Shown here: positions 1 through 7,211 of the stretch, one piece after another
Layout: every line of letters starts with the position of its first letter
How positions within the stretch are numbered: the first letter of the stretch is position 1
Assembly: GCA_000090985.2 (NCBI GenBank)
Contig: CP001331.1
Span: 536,786-568,785, forward strand
Direction of reading: 5' to 3'
DNA from: Micromonas sp.
Lineage: Eukaryota
DNA length: 32,000 nucleotides
Notes under the pieces: model-generated
What the model was told of the DNA's origin: nothing
The model's input: the letters and a program-made list of their open reading frames with translations, nothing else
The model's database searches: none
Program-made: the position numbers and the translations under genes

Positions 1-1041
1 CAGACGCTCCCCGCCGCGCTGCAGGTCGCGACGCAAATCTCCGACGATCCGACGTCGCCGCCGGAGAAGTCGGGCTTTCGCCAGAACCTCGCCATGGCGG
101 GCGAGTTGAGGGACGCGAGGGCCGAGGCGGCGGCGCTCAAGGCGAAGCTGGAGGAGGCCGAGGAGGACGCCGCGCGCCACTCGTCTCGCGCCGCGCTCGG
201 GGCCTTACCCTACGAGGCGGAGACGCGCGCGCTTCGAGCGGAGCTAAACGCCGCCGCCGCCGAATTGACCCGCGCCAAAGACGCGTTGGCTCGCGCCGAG
301 GACGAACGGACCCGATCGGAGGAGTCGCATCGCGCCGAGGTTCGCGAGCTGACGCGGCGGCACGACGATGCGATGGCGGCGATGGCGGCGCGTCGTTCGA
401 ACGACGACGAGGCGGCGGCGAAGAGGGAGCTCCTGAGGGCGCACGCGGAGGAGAGCGCGGCGCTTCGCGCGGAGACTCGGGATTCGAAGGCGGCGGCGGC
501 GAGGGCGGAGGCGGCGGCGGAGGCGGCGAGGGCGCAGCTGGCGTCCCTCGAAGAGGCGGCGAGGGGACGCGACGCGCGAGTCGAGGAGGTCGTGGGCGTC
601 GCGGACGCGCTCCGCGCCGAGTTGGAGGCGGAGAAGGCGAAGGCGGAGTCGGCGGCTGCGAAGGCTGCGGCGGAGACGGAGCGGTTGCGCTCTGAGCTCG
701 TCGCGGCTCGTCACACGCAGATCCTCCCCGACCTCGCCGCGCTGGACGAGATGGAGTCGCGGTTGCACTCGCTGGCGGGAACGTTGAGGGCGAGGGAGAG
801 AGAGGTGGCGTCGTTGAACGGCGTCGTCGAGGCGCAGGTCATGGAGCGCAGGGCGTTGGCGGAGGAGCTGCGAAACGCGCGGGAGGAGGCGGCGGCGCTC
901 AAGGCGGCGATTGAGAAGGAGCGAGAGCTTCGGAGGCGCGCGCCCCCCCGGGGGTCGCAGAACGGGGGCGGGAACGGGGGCGGGAAGGACAGGCCGATGA
1001 CCAAGTCCATGTCCCGCGCGTTCAAGACACTGAGGTATTAG
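1..1041 (+). CDS. 3' part of an Ala/Glu/Arg-rich coiled-coil protein (5' end probably outside the window)
   Basis: The frame of ORF 94..1041 stays open back to nt 1 (QTLPAALQV...), so the ATG at 94 may be internal. Long AEEA/LRAEL-type coiled-coil sequence, G/C-rich third codon positions, no recognisable catalytic domain. Confidence 0.5.
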   Translation, partial: QTLPAALQVATQISDDPTSPPEKSGFRQNLAMAGELRDARAEAAALKAKLEEAEEDAARHSSRAALGALPYEAETRALRAELNAAAAELTRAKDALARAEDERTRSEESHRAEVRELTRRHDDAMAAMAARRSNDDEAAAKRELLRAHAEESAALRAETRDSKAAAARAEAAAEAARAQLASLEEAARGRDARVEEVVGVADALRAELEAEKAKAESAAAKAAAETERLRSELVAARHTQILPDLAALDEMESRLHSLAGTLRAREREVASLNGVVEAQVMERRALAEELRNAREEAAALKAAIEKERELRRRAPPRGSQNGGGNGGGKDRPMTKSMSRAFKTLRY

Positions 1042-1156
1042 GCGCGGACGGAAGCTGTGAGCCACAAATTTTCCCGAAGTCTCCCAGAAAATATCGATCG
1101 ATTCGCCTCGAAGCGTCGCGCTCACACGGCGCCGCGCAGTCGCGCGCGCGTCCGGA

Positions 1157-2215
1157 ATGTCCTCCGCGGAGGACCCCAACGTCCTCGCGGATGCGCTCGG
1201 GGCCGTGGACGTCGCCGACGACGCGCCGAGCGCGCCCGTTCGCTTCGTCGACGGCACGTCGACCCCGACGATTGAGGACGAGCCCGCGGACGACGCCGAG
1301 CGCGACGCCCTCGAGGCTTTCCGCGAGCGCTTGGCGAAGGACGGGGTGCAGATCCCGCGCACAATGTCCGCGAACGGCGGCGAACCCGGCGTTTGCCTCC
1401 GCTTCCTCCGCGCGCGCAAGCTCAAGGTGGAGAAGGCGCTCAAGATGCTGCGGGACTGCCTGGCTTGGCGCGAGGCGAACGACGTGGACGCCTTGCTGGA
1501 CGAACCGCTCGACCTGGAGGAGTTCAAGACGAACGCGCGGATGTATCCGGCGTCGTATCACGGCCGCGACGTCCTCGGCCGGCCGGTGTACATCGAGCGC
1601 ACGGGCAGCGCCAAGTTCGCGGACCTCGTCAAGAAGCTCGGCCACGACGGCTTCGTCAAGATGCACCTGCGCGCCATGGAGTACCAATCCCGCGTCCTCC
1701 TCCCGGCCGCCAGCGCCGACGCCGGGACGCTCGTGTCCAAGATGTGCAACGTCATCGACGTCGGCGAACTGTCCCTCTACGACACCGTGTCCCACTCGGA
1801 GGTGCTGGCGGTGTTGAGGAAGATCGCGCAGATCGACCAGGACTATTACCCGGAGAACCTGGGCGTGACGCTCGTGGCGCACGCGCCGTGGAGTTTCACC
1901 ACCGCGTGGAGCATCGTCAAGGTGTTCCTGGACGCGAAGACCGCTGCCAAGTTCAAGGTGCTCGGCACCGGCGCCGCCGGGGTGGAGAAGCTGACGAAGG
2001 TGCTTGGCGAGGGCAAGGTCCCGGCGTTTTTGGGCGGGACGTGCGCGTGCGCGGGTGGGTGCGTGTGTTGCGATCCGAGGGTGGGCGAGACCCCGGACGT
2101 GCTCACGACGGAGCAGGTGCAGTACGCGAGGTTCGCGGCGCGGCGACGACGCGGGATTGGGGACGGGGAGGTTGCGGGTTCGAACACCGGCGGGGGCGCG
2201 AAGGCGGTTGAGTAG
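1157..2215 (+). CDS. SEC14 / CRAL-TRIO phosphatidylinositol-transfer-like protein
   Basis: ATG at 1157. CRAL_TRIO_N-like LRFLRARKLKVEKALKMLRDCLAWRE, followed by the SEC14 core YHGRDVLGRPVYIERTGSAKFADLVK ... YYPENLG. Confidence 0.9.
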   Translation: MSSAEDPNVLADALGAVDVADDAPSAPVRFVDGTSTPTIEDEPADDAERDALEAFRERLAKDGVQIPRTMSANGGEPGVCLRFLRARKLKVEKALKMLRDCLAWREANDVDALLDEPLDLEEFKTNARMYPASYHGRDVLGRPVYIERTGSAKFADLVKKLGHDGFVKMHLRAMEYQSRVLLPAASADAGTLVSKMCNVIDVGELSLYDTVSHSEVLAVLRKIAQIDQDYYPENLGVTLVAHAPWSFTTAWSIVKVFLDAKTAAKFKVLGTGAAGVEKLTKVLGEGKVPAFLGGTCACAGGCVCCDPRVGETPDVLTTEQVQYARFAARRRRGIGDGEVAGSNTGGGAKAVE

Positions 2216-2344
2216 GTAAATCTTTCGTTGTTGAAATTTCGAGTCATCAAGCGCGACGATGTTCGTTCACGTCGACAGAGGCGCGCGCGCGCGCGAGGCG
2301 AGGGGTGCGGTCGCCGCGTTCCGCGCACGCGCGAGGACGCCGCG

Positions 2345-3889
2345 ATGCAGAGCTCGTTCCAGCGCCGCGGGCGTCGCTTCCAGAAGAAGGCCGCGGCTGA
2401 TGTGGGCGCGCCCGACCGAGGCGCGGGAGCGGATGCCGCCGCCGCCGCCGCTGCTCACGCGGCGTCGCGGGGGCCTACCCACCCGTCGCCGTCCCCCCTG
2501 GACGCGGTCGCGCCGCGCGTGGACGTCCCCGCGACGCACGTCGCCGGCACGCGCCCGGGCCTCCACGGCCACACGCTCGTGAGCTCGGGCCTCGCGGACC
2601 TCGACAACCTGCTCGGCGGCGGCGTCCCGCTCGGCACCGTCGTCGTGTTGGGAACCGACGGCGATCCCGCGTCCGCGGGTGGCAACGCGTGCACGCTGCT
2701 GCGATACTTCGTCGCGGAGGGGTGCGCCAGCGGGCACGCGGGGATGTGGATACACCCGGGGGGAGGTGGGGCGCGCGCCGGGTCGGGTGGGTCGAGGAGC
2801 GTCGCGCGGACGCTCCCGCGCGTCGTCGTCGACAAGGCGCGCGCGGAAGACGACGACGACGACGACGGGAGCGCTCGTCGCGACGCGAACGGCGACGCGA
2901 ACGGCGACGGCCTTCGCATCGCGTGGCAGTACAGGAGGTACCTGCGCCAGGGCAAGGCGCTAGACGACGGCAGGGTGGGCGGCGCGAGGGACGGCCTGGG
3001 CGCGGGGCTCTCCACGTCCGGGGGCGGCGGGAGTTCGCCCTCTCGGAGACGAAACGACGGCGGCGTGCGACGATTGCCCGAGATTTGCCACCGGTTCGAC
3101 CTCACGCGAGAGAGCGACCCGGCCGTTGTGGACGCCGCGGACCTTACATGCGTCGCGTTCAGGACCTTACCCGCGCTGGGGGATCAAACGCTCAAATTGA
3201 AAGCCGACGTCGACGGCGACTACGCGAGGGCGTACGAACGATGCCGCGCGTTCGTAGACGAATTACGTTTGCGTGACGTCGGCTCAAACGCTGTGGGACG
3301 GATAGCGATTCACCCCGGCGTCAACACGTCCATCGACGTCAGCGCCGCGCGATCCACCGTCCGGTTCCTCCGCGCGCTCCGCGGGCTCCTCCGGGGCACG
3401 CGCGTCTGCGCCGTGTGCGTCGTGTCCACGAAACAAGGCGGGCCGGACACAGCCGTGTCCCTGGCGGCGATGACGCACGTCGCCGACGCCCGCGTGGATG
3501 TCGAATCGCTGCCCGGCGCGCCGTGCGCGATGGAACAGACGCTGCCGGATCCGTTGCTGTGCGTCGGGTTGGTGCGCGTCGTGAAGATCGCGTTCCCCGG
3601 GGTGGCGGGCGCGTCGCCGCTGACGCGGATGGACCGAACGTACGCGCTGCAGCTGCGGCGGCGGCGGATGGCGCTCGCGCCGCTGCAGCTCTCGCCGGAG
3701 GATCATCGGCATGGAGGGGGACCGGGGGCGTCGGGCTCGGGCGGAGCGGGCGGGGTGAGGACGAGCAATCTGGGCGCGGGGGGGCGTCGTATTGAGGCGG
3801 GTTCGACGGGGAAGAAGTCGGGGAAGTCGGGCGGTTTATGCGGGAGCGGTCCGGCGGGGGACCCGAGGAACGACCCCCTCGACTTCTGA
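2345..3889 (+). CDS. ELP4: Elongator complex protein 4 (PAXNEB family)
   Basis: The first true ATG in the ORF is at 2345; the track start at 2228 is TTG. GTRPGLHGHTLVSSGLADLDNLLGGGVPLGTVVVL...LLRYFVAEG matches the conserved ELP4 N-terminal block. LRIAWQYRRY and the C-terminal ...DPLDF are also typical of ELP4. Confidence 0.8.
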   Translation: MQSSFQRRGRRFQKKAAADVGAPDRGAGADAAAAAAAHAASRGPTHPSPSPLDAVAPRVDVPATHVAGTRPGLHGHTLVSSGLADLDNLLGGGVPLGTVVVLGTDGDPASAGGNACTLLRYFVAEGCASGHAGMWIHPGGGGARAGSGGSRSVARTLPRVVVDKARAEDDDDDDGSARRDANGDANGDGLRIAWQYRRYLRQGKALDDGRVGGARDGLGAGLSTSGGGGSSPSRRRNDGGVRRLPEICHRFDLTRESDPAVVDAADLTCVAFRTLPALGDQTLKLKADVDGDYARAYERCRAFVDELRLRDVGSNAVGRIAIHPGVNTSIDVSAARSTVRFLRALRGLLRGTRVCAVCVVSTKQGGPDTAVSLAAMTHVADARVDVESLPGAPCAMEQTLPDPLLCVGLVRVVKIAFPGVAGASPLTRMDRTYALQLRRRRMALAPLQLSPEDHRHGGGPGASGSGGAGGVRTSNLGAGGRRIEAGSTGKKSGKSGGLCGSGPAGDPRNDPLDF

Positions 3890-3949
3890 CTCGTACGTAC
3901 GCGCGTCGTAAAACGGCTCAAATAAAGCTAACGTCAGAGTAGCGCCACG

Positions 3950-5182
3950 TCACCCCGTCGCCTTGGCGACCTGCTTCGCCAGCTTGGCCATCGCCGTTTC
4001 GAGTTTCGTCCACTCCTTGTCCAGCACCGTCCAGTCCACGCCGTCGTTGGACAGCACGTGCCCGTCGCCAATCGCGCCCGTGCCCCACAGCAACCCGCCC
4101 CACTTCACCCCGCAAAAGCCCAGCGAAGCCTTCGCGATCAACGCGGCGAAATACGCCGCCGCGACGTAAATCGCCGCCGTGCCGTAGGGCACGCGGTCCG
4201 TGAGCTGGGGCATGGTGACGTTGAAGACGGTGAACCCGCCGCTGTTGACGCGGCCCCGCATGCGTCCGCCGACCGAGTTTGGTATAAACCGGTGTCCGCC
4301 GTCGTCCGACTCGGATTCGGATCCCGAGTCGTCGTCGTCGTCCCCGCGGGAGGCTCGCCCCGCCCCGGACCGATCGCCCTCCCTCGCAGCCGCGCTCAGC
4401 GGGTCGTCCACCTCGTCGAGGGTCCGACGCCGGAGCCACGTGTGCGCGGTGCCGGGTGGCGCGCGCGGCAGGATCCCGGCGGTTCGATCCCCCGCCGGCG
4501 TCCGCAAAACGTGGGGCTTCTCCGTCGTCGTCGGCGGCGCGTCGGTGTCTGGGGCGTGGTGATCGTCGTCGTCGTCGCTGCCGGGCATCCACTCGTACCC
4601 GGCGGGTGCGGCGATCTTCGGCGAGAGGATGCCGCCGCCAGCTGTGCCGCCTCGTCTTCGCGCGTTGACGTTGGCGATCGGGGGACCCACGCTGACGTCG
4701 TCGCGCGCGGCGCCGAAGCTCACGCGCTTGTTGCGGGCGCCGGCGCCGGCGGCGGCGTCGTTCCCGCCCGAGCCCCTGACCTTGCGCACCGTCGCGGGAA
4801 GGTCCTCCTCCTCGTCGGTCTCGATGTCATTTTCCGTCGCCAAGTTCCCGTCGCGGTCCTCCTCCTCCTCCCCGCCCCCCTCCTCCGCGCGTACGAGGTC
4901 CAGGAGGTACTTCCTCGCCGGCGCGGTGAGCGCGTACTGCGCTCCGTCCTTACCGCCGTCCGCGATGTAACTCAGCGTCCGCCACTCCGTCGGCGTGACG
5001 ACCCCTCCGTCCTGAACCTCCTCGAAGATGGCTTTGGCGACCGGCAGCGAGATCTTGTCCGCGTCGTCGGCGATTGCGAGCGCGCCGTCGTCGTAGCGCA
5101 CGCCCTTGACCTGCCGGTACTGCTTCTTGGACGTGCCCGGGGTTTTACCTCCCCGGGACCGGGCGGCGGAGCGCGGCGCCAT
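3950..5182 (-). CDS. Hypothetical protein with acidic low-complexity middle and hydrophobic C-terminal region
   Basis: The track start at 5260 is GTG; the first ATG is at 5182 (MAPRSAARSRGG...). Strong GC3 bias. C-terminal hydrophobic stretch TAAIYVAAAYFAALIAKASLGF. I recognise no family. Confidence 0.5.
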   Translation of the reverse strand: MAPRSAARSRGGKTPGTSKKQYRQVKGVRYDDGALAIADDADKISLPVAKAIFEEVQDGGVVTPTEWRTLSYIADGGKDGAQYALTAPARKYLLDLVRAEEGGGEEEEDRDGNLATENDIETDEEEDLPATVRKVRGSGGNDAAAGAGARNKRVSFGAARDDVSVGPPIANVNARRRGGTAGGGILSPKIAAPAGYEWMPGSDDDDDHHAPDTDAPPTTTEKPHVLRTPAGDRTAGILPRAPPGTAHTWLRRRTLDEVDDPLSAAAREGDRSGAGRASRGDDDDDSGSESESDDGGHRFIPNSVGGRMRGRVNSGGFTVFNVTMPQLTDRVPYGTAAIYVAAAYFAALIAKASLGFCGVKWGGLLWGTGAIGDGHVLSNDGVDWTVLDKEWTKLETAMAKLAKQVAKATG

Positions 5183-5274
5183 GGACGTTTCGAACCCCGG
5201 GGCGCGCTCTGCTCGAATGGGGAGACGTTGGCACGCAACGGTACAAAACGGCACCCGCACCAGCTACCCGCACC

Positions 5275-5345
5275 AGCGTTATATAGACTATATAGTCTAG
5301 CGTTAAGCGTTATATAGCGTTATATATAGCGTTATATATAGCGTT
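5275..5345. repeat. AT-rich island: AGCGTT(A)TATA(TA) tandem units plus a perfect 16-bp palindrome TAGACTATATAGTCTA (5284..5299)
   Basis: Read directly from the sequence: AGCGTT occurs six times between 5275 and 5345, separated by TATA-type runs. It lies upstream of the ATG of the minus-strand gene 3950..5182 and downstream of the stop of the SDR gene, so it could serve as a TATA-like promoter and/or a 3'-end region. Confidence 0.8.
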
Positions 5346-5393
5346 CGCGTGTTAACAATCAATCAAATCAAGGGTTCTCCGCGCTCTTCTCCC

Positions 5394-6509
5394 TCAGAAG
5401 ATCTCTCCCCCGCACGCCTCCGCCAGGACGCGCCACATCATCTCCTTCGTTTCCCGGTCGGAGATGACCGCCTTCTCCGCCTTTGGACTCTTGAACGTCC
5501 CGCCGGTCGCGATGGCCACCGGAGGTCCGTACGACGTCAAGTGCTTGGGCTCGTAAAAATCCCCGGAACACGCATCCGGGTGGAGACACGCGCGCGTCAG
5601 CGGCAGAGACCCGTCCCTCGGCCCCTGCCCCGCGATCGTGAAGATCAGGTTAGCCTCCCACGCTCTCATGGTGTGGAACGAACGGTTCGTCGTGACTTGC
5701 AGCTCCGTGGCCGCCAGCCCCGGGGCCGCGACGAGCGATTTTATTTTGGAGGACTTTTCCGCGAGCTTCTCGCGGAAGAGCTCGGACAACATGGCGTTGG
5801 CCAACTTGGTCTGGCCGTACCTCTGCCACGCCGGACCCGCATTGAACATACCCGTCCCACCCGGGATGTCCCCTGCGAACGGCTTCGGCAACGGATGCTC
5901 AGCGCTCGTCTTCGCGAAGTAATCGCGAACGAGTTTTCCTTTGCTCGGGATCATGCGGGCGCTGGAGCTGTGCTGGACGACGCGCGCCTCGCCGTTTCGC
6001 TCCGCGGCGCGTTCCAACAGCGGAAACGTCTCCTTCAGGAGCAACATCTGCGCCAGGACGTTCACCTGCGCCTCGCGGTTGTACCCGTCCTCGGTGACCT
6101 CGTCTGGGGCTGCCATCGTGGCCGCGTTCAGGCAGAGCACGTCGAGACAGCCATCGGCGTTTTTCGCGCAGAGCCGCTCGAGCTCCGCGGAGCACCGCCG
6201 AACCGACGCGAAAGAGAGGAGGTCGCATTCGACAGTGTGGATCTCGGACGCGCACCCGTGCTCCTTCGCGAACGCGCGCACCTCCTCCTCGGCGGCGGCG
6301 CTGCGCGGAGACGCGCGGTTCAGGAGCACGACGTTCTTCGCGCCGAGAAGCGCGGCGTGCTTGGCGAGCCAGATCCCGCACCCGTTCGCCGTCGCGCCGG
6401 TCACGGCGACGGTCTTCCCGGCGGCGGCATCTTTGGGGATGTCGTTGGCGAAGTAATCCCTTCAATACGACGTCTTGTCGTACTTCGCACGCGAGTACGA
6501 GCCCCCCAT
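5394..6509 (-). CDS. Short-chain dehydrogenase/reductase (SDR), 5' end unresolved because of an in-frame TGA at 6462..6464
   Basis: Glycine-rich dinucleotide motif KTVAVTGATANGCG, NAAT motif (LCLNAATMA) and catalytic YGQTK (YxxxK). The track start at 6404 is the GTG of VTGA, inside the beta1-Gly motif. There is no ATG between that motif and an in-frame TGA. The in-frame ATG at 6509 gives MGGSYSRAKYDKTSY-TGA-RDYFANDIPKDAAAGKTVAVTGA. Confidence 0.75.
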
Positions 6510-6628
6510 GTCGCGTGAAGACGCGCGACTTGGTGTGAGTCATACTTGTAGGACGGCTTTTGGCTTTTGGCTTTTTGGGCAAGTTGGGGATTCTGGCCAA
6601 AGGGTCGCCACTTCGCGCCGCGCTTTGC

Positions 6629-6668
6629 CAAAGGGACGTCGTCCGGTTCAAAGGGACGTCGTCCGTTT
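6629..6668. promoter_or_regulatory. Two tandem 20-nt copies of CAAAGGGACGTCGTCCG(G/T)TT, each with a palindromic GACGTC core, in a bidirectional spacer
   Basis: Copies at 6629..6648 and 6649..6668 differ at one position. A looser third copy (CCAAAGGGTCGCC) lies at about 6597. A further TGACGTC overlaps the ATG at 6690. A (GGCTTTT)3 run lies at about 6555..6577. Confidence 0.6.
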
Positions 6669-6689
6669 CGCGCATTTGACCCTCGCGCC

Positions 6690-7142
6690 ATGACGTCCAG
6701 GTCGCGCCTCGTCGACGATCCCGACGTGCGCGACGACGCGTCGGACGACGAGCGGGCGGCGAGGCTGGCTCGCCCGGACCCTCCTCCATCGGCGCCCGCC
6801 TCCGGGACCCGCGCCGGGGCGGCGGCGGCGAGCGAGCTTCCCGGCGACGTCGCCGGCGTCGGCGTCGCCAGCGGGATCGGGGAGGCGTCGAACGGAGGTC
6901 GGAGCAGGCGATTCGACTGGGGTTCTCGCCCGACGTCTCCGGAGGTGAGGGCGAGGCCGAACACGCCCGCCGATGCGATGGACGCGGGGCGCGCGCTGGG
7001 AGAGAGGTTGGCGTCCGTGGGAGGCGCGGGGTTGAGACGAGGCGGCGCGTGGGATTCGAGCGGCGTCGTGTGCGTCGCGATTGCCGCCGGGGTGGCGCTC
7101 CTGGCGGCTGGGTTAGCGCAGTTCGCCGTGAGCGGCGGTTGA
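6690..7142 (+). CDS. Small hypothetical protein with a C-terminal hydrophobic segment (tail-anchor-like)
   Basis: ATG at 6690 (MTSRSRLVDDPDV...). Third codon positions are almost all G/C. C-terminal VVCVAIAAGVALLAAGLAQFAV followed by only 4 residues. No homology recognised; it could also be an upstream exon of the HECT gene. Confidence 0.4.
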   Translation: MTSRSRLVDDPDVRDDASDDERAARLARPDPPPSAPASGTRAGAAAASELPGDVAGVGVASGIGEASNGGRSRRFDWGSRPTSPEVRARPNTPADAMDAGRALGERLASVGGAGLRRGGAWDSSGVVCVAIAAGVALLAAGLAQFAVSGG

Positions 7143-7211
7143 GATTTTATGTAATGCGACGAGCGAGCAACCAAACTCCGCGCGGTCAACGCCGAGAGAA
7201 ACGCATTCCCG

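Noticed and set aside
244-1527. Long off-frame or antisense ORFs throughout the track, for example 244..1527(-), 6401..7861(-), 9949..11673(-), 11776..12867(+), 13644..14798(-), 15345..16601(-), 22263..23399(-), 26986..28008(-) and 29201..30445(+)
   Set aside because: They are Arg/Pro/Ser/Ala/Gly-rich with no recognisable motifs. They overlap ORFs that carry clear conserved domains and lack the G/C third-position bias of the domain-bearing frame. Many start at non-ATG codons. Long stop-free stretches of this kind are expected in roughly two-thirds-GC DNA.
5261-5393. A SECIS element in the SDR 3' flank that would support reading the in-frame TGA as selenocysteine
   Set aside because: The minus-strand 3' flank contains TTGATTTGATTGATTG and TATA repeats. 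I could not find an AUGA...AA...GA core within a plausible stem-loop. A computational SECIS search is still needed, so this is not positive evidence either way.
6460-6490. A 31-nt mini-intron (C|GTGCGA...TTGAAG|G) that would remove the in-frame TGA of the SDR gene
   Set aside because: Removing 31 nt breaks the reading frame between the ATG at 6509 and the Rossmann motif. This length is also far below the 134-189 nt of the supported introns.
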